From Gammaproteobacteria bacterium (GTDB lineage: Bacteria > Pseudomonadota > Gammaproteobacteria > G965277405): a DNA stretch of 64,000 nucleotides. The DNA lies in the NCBI GenBank assembly GCA_965277405.1, contig OZ255726.1, positions 1,920,001-1,984,000 on the forward strand. The letters run 5' to 3'. Under the pieces are notes generated by a model that was not told where the DNA came from, searched no databases, and saw only the letters and a program-made list of their open reading frames with translations. Both the position numbers and the translations under genes were made by a program. Below, one piece after another: positions 20,622-29,276 of this stretch (position 1 is its first letter; every line of letters begins with the position of its first letter).

Positions 20622-20762
20622 CATTGTATGGTAATCAACAACGTGGAGCGTCCCAGCGGCAATCCAAGCAAAGTTCAATAGTGGGCATTGTTGATAACAG
20701 CGTAGCAACCGACCGAGTATTATGATACGAATACTGCGGATGCTAAAGCATTGAGCTGTGGT

Positions 20763-22148
20763 TTAATTCAATGCGTATGCAGGAAACCAAGTAATTAGGC
20801 TAGGCCAGATAATCACAATTATCAATAGCACCGCCTGCATTGCCACAAAAGGAATAATCCCTGTATAAATATCGGTTGTTTTTACATCAGCTGGGGCAAC
20901 ACTGCGCAGATAAAATAAGCTAAAGCCAAACGGCGGTGTTAGGAATGACGATTGTAATACAATCGCAAATACCACTCCCAACCAGACTGGGTCAAAGCCA
21001 AAGTGGAATAACGCTGGGGCGATGATTGGAATCAAGACTATCGAGATCTCGATAAAGTCTAAGAAGAACCCAAGGACAAACATCGTCAGCAAAACCATTA
21101 TCAGCAGCATCGTCGCGCTTAAGCCGCTGTCTTTAAACCAGCCGATAATCATTTCGTCACCACCAAAACCTCTAAAAACCAGTGAAAACAAATACGCGCC
21201 GATAAAGATAAACATAATTCTGGCGGTAATTGAAGCTGTGGTAAAGCTAGAATTTTTTAATATTATTAGCTTAAACCTGCCATAAATAATCGAGAGTAAC
21301 AGCACGCCAACACAGCCAATTGCCGCAGACTCAGTTGGGGTGGCAAGACCAAGCAATATCGAGCCTAACACCGATATTATTAAAAATAAACACGGTATAA
21401 TCGAGATCACGAGATACCAAACTATATTCTTATCACCAATTAACTCTTGTTTTAATTCTGTAGTGATGCTCGGCATTAGGTCTTTCTTCCATAGCGCAAT
21501 TGTGAAGATGAGCAGGCAATACAACCCAACTAAAATCAACCCTGGGATTAACGCACCAAAGAATAAATCACCAATCGACACCGTGATTGACGAAAAGTTA
21601 CCCATTTGTGATTGGGCGAGTTGGTATGAATTACTGACAACATCACCAAGAATGATGAGTACAAGCGACGGGGGAATGAGTTGCCCGAGTGTGCCAGCTG
21701 CTGCGACAACACCAGTGGCAAGTTTTTTGTTGTAGCCGTATTGCAACATTGTGGGTAAACAGAGAATTCCAAGCGTGGTGACGGATGCGCCAACAACACC
21801 GGTACTGGCAGCGAGCAACATGCCGATAATGACTACAGAAATTGCCAAACCGCCAGGAATACGGCTAAACGCCACCGCCATGCCGTTAATGAGATCTTTG
21901 GCTAGATTGCTTTGATCGAGCATACACCCCATAAAAATAAACAGCGGTAGGGCAATCAGCAACTCGTTTTGCATTAAACCATAAATTCTGTTGATCCATG
22001 CATCGAAAAATGACATGTCGAATGCACCGATAGATGCGCCCAAAACACCAAAAATTAAGCTGACGCCGGCTAGAGTTGGAGCTACTGGGTATCCTAAAAG
22101 AATCGCGATAAACAGCAGCGCAAATAGCACAAGGGCAAGATATTCCAT
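20763..22148 (-). CDS. dctM: TRAP transporter large permease (DctM)
   Basis: ALPLFIFMG, AASTGVVGASV, GTLGQLIPPS, TPTES, LTPPFGFSLFYLR. Confidence 0.9.
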   Translation of the reverse strand: MEYLALVLFALLFIAILLGYPVAPTLAGVSLIFGVLGASIGAFDMSFFDAWINRIYGLMQNELLIALPLFIFMGCMLDQSNLAKDLINGMAVAFSRIPGGLAISVVIIGMLLAASTGVVGASVTTLGILCLPTMLQYGYNKKLATGVVAAAGTLGQLIPPSLVLIILGDVVSNSYQLAQSQMGNFSSITVSIGDLFFGALIPGLILVGLYCLLIFTIALWKKDLMPSITTELKQELIGDKNIVWYLVISIIPCLFLIISVLGSILLGLATPTESAAIGCVGVLLLSIIYGRFKLIILKNSSFTTASITARIMFIFIGAYLFSLVFRGFGGDEMIIGWFKDSGLSATMLLIMVLLTMFVLGFFLDFIEISIVLIPIIAPALFHFGFDPVWLGVVFAIVLQSSFLTPPFGFSLFYLRSVAPADVKTTDIYTGIIPFVAMQAVLLIIVIIWPSLITWFPAYALN

Positions 22149-22628
22149 TTATGTAATTCGTAATTTTTGGATGTCTTCAATAATATGTGCAACTGTTTGC
22201 ACAATAAGCAGTGCTGGGGTAATGAATAACAGTGTTTTGATGACGAATACCCCAGGTAGACCGCCAGATTGCAATGAGCCTTCTAATATTGCCCATGACC
22301 TTGCTACGTAGTCGATAGCCAAGTATGCCCATAAGCAAAAGGCTGGCAATGCCAAACAGCAATGACCTATCAGGTTAATGTATAGTTGATGTCGCCTACG
22401 CAAACAATTATATAGCGTATCCACTCGAATATGTTCTCGTTGTTGCCATATCCATGGAATTGCCAACATGAAGGCAAAAATATGCAAATAGCTGCCGACT
22501 TCTTGGATAGCGATTGAACCATAATTAAAGCCATATCGCATCGTTGCAACGAAAAACAACACCAAAAAAAGAGGAATGTTCAGATAGCTGGCATGTTCTC
22601 CCAACCAACGAATCACGTTGGAAAACAT
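22149..22628 (-). CDS. dctQ: TRAP transporter small permease (DctQ)
   Basis: MRYGFN..SIA.QE, HIRVD..Y, EGS...GGLP; ATG 22628 chosen. Confidence 0.82.
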   Translation of the reverse strand: MFSNVIRWLGEHASYLNIPLFLVLFFVATMRYGFNYGSIAIQEVGSYLHIFAFMLAIPWIWQQREHIRVDTLYNCLRRRHQLYINLIGHCCLALPAFCLWAYLAIDYVARSWAILEGSLQSGGLPGVFVIKTLLFITPALLIVQTVAHIIEDIQKLRIT

Positions 22629-22891
22629 TAATAAATTAGATTTTTTCACAAAAACTATAGTTATGTACCATGCGCAATTAGGGTAGAGTGTGAACACAAT
22701 AAATCAATCACTGTTTTTCTAAAAAATAGAGCTTGTGTGCGCTTTGACATGTGGCTGGGATGCAACATACAAAGATTGATAGCGAGCTCTTGCTTGCTGT
22801 GCATTTTGCTAGCCTTGTTGGTAAAGATGCTGCGCAGCCTTGTATTCATCACGAGAGCGTATATTTTTTCATGCATTTTTGTTGTACTTAA

Positions 22892-22917
22892 GGAACTTTT
22901 GCTTAAGCAGAGATTCC
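22892..22917. repeat. Fused pair of MITE-type terminal inverted repeats (no internal sequence)
   Basis: TTAA|GGAACTTTTGCTTAAGCAGAGATTCC: left-TIR-like and right-TIR-like halves sharing the central TTAA. Confidence 0.6.
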
Positions 22918-23108
22918 TTCATTTACATTTTACTCAAGAGCAGGTGTAGCGTGTGGTATGAACGTATACATAGGTTCAGATACAGTGAATAAAACAGCAT
23001 ATATAGTAAAACTCGAGTGTGTATAACCCATGTAAAATAAGGGGGAATGAATAAGATGCTTAGGATGCTTAGGAATAAACTACACACAAAGCTACACACT
23101 AATAACAC

Positions 23109-24084
23109 ATGGCTACTTTTAACAAACAACCAAACGGGAAAGTTCGGGCGGCAGTTTTTGCCAGCGGTCGCCGATATACTAAAGTCTTAGACACTGCCAC
23201 ATTAGCCAAAAAATGGGCGGCGACAATAGAAGCTCAGTCTCATGCACCTGTTGGTTCGAATCTGCTATTAAGCGACGTTTTGCGACGATATAGGGATGAG
23301 GTTTCTTCACGTAAGAAAACAGCTATCTACGAGGAAAGGCGCATTAACGCAATTTCTAGCGGTTTTTTGGGACAAATGCGTATAGCGAACATTACAAGCC
23401 CAACATATTGCAAAATGGCGGGATATGGAGCTTGAGCGCGTTCTAACAAGCACGGTGAATAGGTATTTAGGGTTTTTGTTCACCGTTTTTAATCACTCTA
23501 TACGTGAATGGCAAATAATCACCATTAACCCCGTTTCTCAAATTAAACGACCAAAAAACCCCGCGCACCGCGATAGGTTGATTTCCGATGATGAAATTCA
23601 CACAATTTGCAAAGCTCTCAACCACGCCGAGATGCGCCCTACAAATAAAGCTCAAGAGCTTGCTATTATGTTTTTACTAGCAATTGAAACCGCCTGCCGC
23701 TTGGGCGAATTGTGCGGTATTTTATGGGAGAATGTTGATTTAAACAAACGGACAATATTGTTGTTGGACACTAAAAACGGTGACAATAGAGCTGTGCCAC
23801 TTTCAACGCGAGCTGTTGAATTGATGCAACTAATGACTGGGCTATATACAAGATACGTGTTTATCTTGCAAGCTCATAACGCTAGCGTGATGTTCCACTT
23901 ACGAATTGCGCAAACTGGCATTAAAAATTTACGTTTTCATGACACGCGGCATGAAGCTATTACTCGACTTTCTAAAAAGCTCGACGTGCTGGCGTTAGCT
24001 CGCTGTGTTGGGCATAAAGACATCAAGCAGCTAATGACGTACTATAATGAAACTGCTGAGGATTTAGCGCGGCGGTTAGATTGA
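23109..24084 (+). pseudogene. Tyrosine recombinase (Rci/HP1-like phage integrase) split by a one-base frameshift near 23400
   Basis: ORFs 23109-23435 and 23425-24084 join as ...RIANITS/QHIAKWRD...; catalytic TACRLGE, TKNG, FHDTRH, GHKD, YY retained. Confidence 0.88.
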
Positions 24085-24153
24085 GGACGCTATAACAGCA
24101 ACTATAAGCATAAGTACTACTGAACCATAGCAAATATAATCGTATTTATTCAT
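24076..24153 (-). CDS. Putative 25-aa single-TM peptide
   Basis: MNKYDYICYGSVVLMLIVAVIASSI*; start overlaps the end of the upstream small gene. Confidence 0.35.
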   Translation of the reverse strand: MNKYDYICYGSVVLMLIVAVIASSI

Positions 24154-24313
24154 TGGTAAACCATGTCGCACAATATATAAAAACACCCACACCAATTAAC
24201 AAGCCACCCTGTCGTTTCTTTTGGTCGAGAGCCATCCCTAAAGCACCACCAATGATAAACCCGGAGGCGACGCTTTTCAAGTCTTGTTTAATCTCCGAGG
24301 TGATATGCATCAT
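24146..24313 (-). CDS. Putative 55-aa two-TM glycine-rich membrane protein
   Basis: MMHITSEIKQDLKSVASGFIIGGALGMALDQKKRQGGLLIGVGVFIYCATWFTNE*; ATGA overlap with upstream ORF. Confidence 0.55.
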   Translation of the reverse strand: MMHITSEIKQDLKSVASGFIIGGALGMALDQKKRQGGLLIGVGVFIYCATWFTNE

Positions 24314-24450
24314 GCTTTTCTTTTACGCGAGCAACATTTTGCACGAACTATCCGCCCACCTTTTACAAATCGATAGCCCTTTTTTAAAATGCAGTTACTT
24401 TTACCGCGCATTGCGGTTCCTTTAGTTACACCTCCTCTTTTACGCCTCAT
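24310..24450 (-). CDS. Putative 46-aa highly basic (Lys/Arg-rich) protein
   Basis: MRRKRGGVTKGTAMRGKSNCILKKGYRFVKGGRIVRAKCCSRKRKA*; GGAG upstream; no acidic residues; translationally coupled to next ORF. Confidence 0.6.
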   Translation of the reverse strand: MRRKRGGVTKGTAMRGKSNCILKKGYRFVKGGRIVRAKCCSRKRKA

Positions 24451-24508
24451 TTTATTTTAATCTCCAAAAATTCAATTCGCAGCTCAAGCTCTCGCAATAG
24501 CTGACCAT

Positions 24509-24874
24509 TTAAATACAGCTGCTTACATCTTGGATTGTCTTTAGAAGTGCTATTGGAACAGGCACGCATGACTTTAATTGTTTTGGACTCCTATCAGTCC
24601 GCCACCTGTCCCACGCAGCATCTTCTTCAGCCACATTTGCAGCCACATTTGCAGCCAGCTGCTGGCGGCTAAAATAGTTCATAATTTCGTGTAATTTCCA
24701 CCGCAACAAGCACCCGCATCCGCTTCCCAAATCAACTCCGCGCGGAAAATCACTTTTATCAACCAATAAACGCACAGAGCTCGCTGATATTTTAAACAGC
24801 GCACCGATTTGCTTCATGCCGACAAAAGTCACACCGTCACAGTCGAGCACTTTCCCATCTTTAACTTTTTTCAT
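24509..24874 (-). CDS. AlpA/excisionase-like winged-HTH protein
   Basis: VGMKQIGALFKISASSVRLLV.KSDFP.GV.LG....RWKLHEI; divergent from repressor; GGAG RBS. Confidence 0.75.
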   Translation of the reverse strand: MKKVKDGKVLDCDGVTFVGMKQIGALFKISASSVRLLVDKSDFPRGVDLGSGCGCLLRWKLHEIMNYFSRQQLAANVAANVAEEDAAWDRWRTDRSPKQLKSCVPVPIALLKTIQDVSSCI

Positions 24875-25022
24875 TCCAAACACTCCGTTTTACTCCCCAA
24901 TTCCCACAAATTCCGCTATCTTCCCAAAGTGCGGAGTTATATGCTCCGCACCTGGAGGAATGCAGCGCTTTAGCCCGGGGAAAGGCTGTACATGGCGCAC
25001 TAGCCATTTTGTGAATGCAACC

Positions 25023-25075
25023 ACTCGTTTATGAGTAGTTGTATATAATCTATATACTCATTTATGAGTTGTCAA
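25023..25075. promoter_or_regulatory. Divergent switch region with two palindromic operators and a leftward sigma70 promoter
   Basis: ACTCGTTTATGAGT (25023-25036) and ACTCATTTATGAGT (25056-25069); minus-strand TTGACA-17 bp-TAGATT spans the second operator. Confidence 0.75.
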
Positions 25076-25077
25076 GA

Positions 25078-25356
25078 ATGCTGTCAAAAAAAATAAAAGA
25101 AATACGAAAAATGCAAGAACTGACGCAAATGGAATTCTGCAAGATGTTTGATATAGGCTACTCATCGCTTGGGCATTATGAAAGCGGGCGAAGTATACCG
25201 TCGGGGGATGTTTTAATAAAAATCTGCGCACAATACCCAGAATACGCCGCATGGCTACTGACCGACGACCGCACAGCTCTCAACACCGAACAGACCACAC
25301 CCGCCGCCGAAGCGCTTAAAAAAGCGGATACAACTCTATCAAAAAAAACGGGGTAA
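25078..25356 (+). CDS. XRE/CI-like HTH repressor
   Basis: KIKEIRKMQELTQMEFCKMFDIGYSSLGHYESGRSIP...YAAWLLT. Confidence 0.85.
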   Translation: MLSKKIKEIRKMQELTQMEFCKMFDIGYSSLGHYESGRSIPSGDVLIKICAQYPEYAAWLLTDDRTALNTEQTTPAAEALKKADTTLSKKTG

Positions 25357-25452
25357 AATTCTATTTTAAATAAAAACTACACAAAAATCACACACAAACC
25401 CCAAAAAACCCAGCAACTACAAGGGTTATAACGTCCGATACAGGGAAATTAT

Positions 25453-27078
25453 ATGGCAAGCCGTCATGATTATATAATTATTGGCGCAGGGCACAATGGC
25501 TTGGTCTGCGCCAATTATCTTGCGAAAGCACGCAAATCTGTGCTGATTGTCGAAGCACGCAATATCGTCGGCGGTGCTGCGGTCACTGAAGAAGTTTTTG
25601 AGGGCTATAAATTTTCACGGTTTTCGTATGTGTTGGGCGTTTTTAGACAAAAAGTAATAGACGAATTGTTTCCTGATAATTGGCGGGAACATGTCCCGCT
25701 ATATAAAGTTGAGTCAACGCTGTGCATTCCAGGAAAAAAAGTCGATGACTTTGTATTGCTGAGCCACGACGCAGACATTTCATACGCCAATATCAAGGCA
25801 TATGCGGGTGAGCAAGAGGCAGAAAACTATACTCGATTGATGCTCCGCATCGCTGATATATCACATAGCATCTCCCCATTGCTCGATACAGCTCCTATCG
25901 AGTCGCTTTGGTGCGCGTTCAAAAAACTGCCGTTGAGTAAGCTACCACGTCAGCAGAAAATTGATGAAGTCATGACATTCCTTAGCTCCAGCTGCGCCAA
26001 CGTATTAGATCAATGGCTAGAAAATGATCGGTTAAAAGCTGCATTGTCATATTCTGGCACTATAGGGATGGCGCTCTCACCGTATAGTCCAGGCACAGCA
26101 TTTTCACAATTGCACCATGTTGCAAATACCATTAAAGACGAGCAAGGCGAACAGAAATTTAGATATTACCCGCGCGGCGGTAATGGCAGCATCACCCAGT
26201 ATTTAGCGCAATTAGCGCAAGAGCGCGGTGTTATTATCCGCTTGCAAGCAAAAGTAAAGCGCATTTTGGTTGACAATAATACCGCACAGGGAATAGAACT
26301 TGCCAATGGTCAAGTGTGTTATGCCCGCAAAGGCGTGATTTCTAATGCGACATACAACGTAACGTTCAAACAATTAATCGATGAGAAAATCGACTTACCA
26401 GCAAGTTTTGCACGCGGGTTGAAGGTTATTCCATACCAAACCAACTGCACAAAAATCAACCTAGTGATTGACAAAATTCCACAATTTACTTGTTTAAAAA
26501 ATGTGCTGCCACTCGATGGCAACTTTACGCAAAACTGTCATGCAGCAGCGCAATATCTGCTGAATGTGATTTTGGCTGGCGATTCAATGGAGCACCTCCA
26601 TCAATGTTATTTAGCAGCAGAGCAAAAAAAGATGTCGACCCAACCAATTATCCAAATGCTAATACCGTCGCTAGTCGACGATAGCTTAACCCCTGATGGC
26701 AGCGAGCACCTCGTTGCCATGCTATTTACCCAATACACCCCGTATGACGTCAAGGGCGGTTGGGATGAAACAAACCGTCAGCAATTTATGAGCAATGTAT
26801 TGCGACGCATCGACAGCTACGCACCAGGGTTTAGCGAATCCATAGTTCACCAAGACGTGTTGTTTCCACCCGATATAGAAACAGTCTTGAATATGACCGG
26901 CGGCAACATATTCCATGGCGCGTTAACGCTGGATAATATATTTTCTGCCAGACCGATGCCGCGCCATTCACAATATCAAACACCTATTGAAAATTTATAC
27001 AGCTGTTCAGCGGCAAACCATCCTGGTGGCGGTGTTTCTGGTGGTCCTGGCCGCAACTGTGCCCAAGCGATTTTATAA
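25453..27078 (+). CDS. FAD-dependent oxidoreductase, phytoene-dehydrogenase-like / PYROXD2-like
   Basis: IIGAGHNGLVCA.YLA, GGAAVTEE..GYKFSR.SY, YPRGGNG, LFTQYTPY, GGNIFHG, HPGGGVSG.PGRN.A. Confidence 0.85.
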   Translation: MASRHDYIIIGAGHNGLVCANYLAKARKSVLIVEARNIVGGAAVTEEVFEGYKFSRFSYVLGVFRQKVIDELFPDNWREHVPLYKVESTLCIPGKKVDDFVLLSHDADISYANIKAYAGEQEAENYTRLMLRIADISHSISPLLDTAPIESLWCAFKKLPLSKLPRQQKIDEVMTFLSSSCANVLDQWLENDRLKAALSYSGTIGMALSPYSPGTAFSQLHHVANTIKDEQGEQKFRYYPRGGNGSITQYLAQLAQERGVIIRLQAKVKRILVDNNTAQGIELANGQVCYARKGVISNATYNVTFKQLIDEKIDLPASFARGLKVIPYQTNCTKINLVIDKIPQFTCLKNVLPLDGNFTQNCHAAAQYLLNVILAGDSMEHLHQCYLAAEQKKMSTQPIIQMLIPSLVDDSLTPDGSEHLVAMLFTQYTPYDVKGGWDETNRQQFMSNVLRRIDSYAPGFSESIVHQDVLFPPDIETVLNMTGGNIFHGALTLDNIFSARPMPRHSQYQTPIENLYSCSAANHPGGGVSGGPGRNCAQAIL

Positions 27079-27094
27079 AAGCGCATCCGCAACA

Positions 27095-27117
27095 TTGACA
27101 TTGACTGATTAGTCAAT
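27095..27117 (+). promoter_or_regulatory. BetI-type palindromic operator adjacent to a -35 box
   Basis: TTGACA (27095-27100) followed by ATTGACT-GATT-AGTCAAT (27100-27117) immediately upstream of the betI-like gene. Confidence 0.7.
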
Positions 27118-27157
27118 TATTTTGTTCTTTTAATTTGTTGATTTATTGAACAAGTAC

Positions 27158-27778
27158 ATGGCGCATCCATTTATGGAATCATCGGTATTACCCAGCGGCA
27201 TAACCGCAAAAAAAACCCCGCGAAAAATCATTCTGGCTACCTTACAACAAATCAGCAGCAACGGTATCAGCTCACTCACTACCCAGCAAATTAGCAAGCA
27301 GGCTAAGGTCTCGACAGGGCTTATCCACCATTATTTTGCTACCAAGGAAAACTTGTTGTACTCGGCATTTGTATATTTAATCGATGATATTAGCAATCGG
27401 GTGAAAACAATCACATCGTCACCGAGTAATACGCCGATTGAGAATTTGCGGCGGTTATTATTTTTGAATTTTGAAGATTTTCAAGGCTCACAAGAGGCTG
27501 GGAATGTATGGTTGCAATTTTGGACGCATGCGCAATACGACACCCGCACCAAACGGCTATACATAGTCTTCAATCGACGCTTTCGCAGCAATCTTGCGTA
27601 TACATTGCAACTGCTTAGCCCAAATAACCGCTGCAGTAACATCTCCCAAGCGACGCTACTGATGGCTGGACTGCATGGCATTTGGCTAGAATACCAACAT
27701 TCCTCACTGGTGCGCTCCCGCGAGGAAGCACTTGGGCTGCTAGACCAACTTATTTCTAACACAACGGATTATTCATGA
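27158..27778 (+). CDS. betI: BetI-like TetR-family repressor
   Basis: T.QQISKQAKVSTGLIHHYFATKENLL, WLQFW, RR.RSNL, G.WL motifs; adjacent to dimethylglycine genes. Confidence 0.78.
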   Translation: MAHPFMESSVLPSGITAKKTPRKIILATLQQISSNGISSLTTQQISKQAKVSTGLIHHYFATKENLLYSAFVYLIDDISNRVKTITSSPSNTPIENLRRLLFLNFEDFQGSQEAGNVWLQFWTHAQYDTRTKRLYIVFNRRFRSNLAYTLQLLSPNNRCSNISQATLLMAGLHGIWLEYQHSSLVRSREEALGLLDQLISNTTDYS

Positions 27779-28746
27779 GCAATTTACACGCATCATCCAT
27801 CGTAATCGATGGGTTAATCATCGCAAAATGGACACGAGAAGTGTTTGAAGATATGCACAAAGGCGGGCTTACCGCTGCAAATTGCACCGTCTCTGTCTGG
27901 GAGGGCTTTCAAGCTACGGTGAATAACATTGCCGCAATGAATAAAAAAATATCAGAGAACAGTGATATTTTGATGAAAGTTCGCACTACAGCAGACGTGC
28001 ATACCGCAAAAGCTAACAACAAAACTGGGATTATCATGGGATTTCAAAACGCCCATGCCTTTGAAGACCAACTAGGCTATGTGCAGGTGTTCAAAGAACT
28101 CGGCGTCGGAATTATCCAAATGGCGTATAATACCCAAAATTTAGTTTGTACAGGGTGCTATGAAAAAGACGGAGGGCTTGCTGATTATGGTCGTGACATC
28201 GTCGCCGAAATGAACCGTGTTGGCATTATGTGTGATTTATCACACGTTGGCGCGCAGAGTTCACGTGATATCATCGCAACCTCAACCAAGCCTGTGTGTT
28301 ATTCACATTGCCTGCCAGCAGGGTTAAAAAAGCACCCACGCAATAAGTCTGATGAAGAGCTACGGTTTATTGCCAAACACCATGGGTTTGTCGGAGTGAC
28401 CATGTTCCCACCGTTCCTGCCCAAAGGTATACACTCCACTGTTCATGATTATGTGGCAGCAATTGACTATGTGATTAACTTGGTTGGCGAAGACATGGTT
28501 GGTATCGGTACTGATTTTACCCAAGGACATGATCGCGAGTTTTTTGACTGGATTACCCACGACAAAGGCAATGGACGCCAGCTAACTGAATTCGGAGAAA
28601 TTATAAATCCAGCAGGGTTAAGGGTTATTGGCGATTTTCCTAATCTTACTGATGCGTGTTTGCAGGCGGGGTGGAGCGAACGTAAAACAGAAAAAATAAT
28701 CGGGGAAAACTGGTTGAATGTATTAACAGAAGTATGGGGTAGCTAA
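27775..28746 (+). CDS. Membrane dipeptidase (M19) family protein of dgc clusters
   Basis: VIDGLIIAKW, AANCTVSVWEGF, CDLSHVG, YSHCLP, GIGTDFTQG; same position as the gene preceding dgcA in Pseudomonas. Confidence 0.88.
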   Translation: MSNLHASSIVIDGLIIAKWTREVFEDMHKGGLTAANCTVSVWEGFQATVNNIAAMNKKISENSDILMKVRTTADVHTAKANNKTGIIMGFQNAHAFEDQLGYVQVFKELGVGIIQMAYNTQNLVCTGCYEKDGGLADYGRDIVAEMNRVGIMCDLSHVGAQSSRDIIATSTKPVCYSHCLPAGLKKHPRNKSDEELRFIAKHHGFVGVTMFPPFLPKGIHSTVHDYVAAIDYVINLVGEDMVGIGTDFTQGHDREFFDWITHDKGNGRQLTEFGEIINPAGLRVIGDFPNLTDACLQAGWSERKTEKIIGENWLNVLTEVWGS

Positions 28747-29276
28747 TGAAACCGAAAATTCCAATTTCAGTTGATGAAGCCACAGGAATCTGGACAACAG
28801 ATGACCTGGCAATGATGTATGTGCCGCGGCACTTTTTTAATAACTTGCACCTTGGTATCGAAGAAGCCTTGGGACATGAAAAATACTCGCAGTCGTTGTT
28901 CAAATCAGGGCATAAATCTGCTTATTATTGGTGCGACCAAGAAGCACAAACGCATGATCTTGAGGGTGTTGGATGTTTTGAACACTATCTGGAACGGCTG
29001 TCGCTGCGCGGTTGGGGGCAATTTTCTTTTGCACAACAAGATATTATCGAACAAGGAACTGCTCAAGTTGCGGTACGACAGAGTGTTTTTACCTTACACC
29101 AGCAAGACTTTGAGCTGGAGGCAACGGCTGCGACCTGCTTTATGTATGCAGGTTGGTTTGCCGGCGCCGCAGATTGGGTGATGCGCGACAGCGGAATTAT
29201 CCACGAAAGTTATGAAAGCCAATGTCAAAGCGTAACTGGTGGAGAAAGCTGTATTTTTACAATTACCCGCGTATGA
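28746..29276 (+). CDS. 4-vinyl-reductase (V4R)-domain protein of dgc clusters
   Basis: PKIPISVDEATGIWTTDDL.M.YVPRHFF, LSLRGWG, GWFAGA, C-terminal C...C.F. Confidence 0.82.
   Translation: MKPKIPISVDEATGIWTTDDLAMMYVPRHFFNNLHLGIEEALGHEKYSQSLFKSGHKSAYYWCDQEAQTHDLEGVGCFEHYLERLSLRGWGQFSFAQQDIIEQGTAQVAVRQSVFTLHQQDFELEATAATCFMYAGWFAGAADWVMRDSGIIHESYESQCQSVTGGESCIFTITRV

Larger units (their letters stand above)
22976..25447. mobile_element. Defective small integrative element / prophage remnant
   Basis: Integrase + AlpA-like + XRE repressor; bounded by TCAGATACAGTGAA (22976-22989) and TCCGATACAGGGAA (25434-25447); CTACACAC-type repeats near both ends. Confidence 0.7.

Noticed and set aside
22661-23129. 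Several 68-71 aa ORFs
   Set aside because: AT-rich intergenic/att region; mutually overlapping, no recognisable motifs
24153-24425. 90-aa plus-strand ORF
   Set aside because: Better explained by the translationally coupled minus-strand small genes
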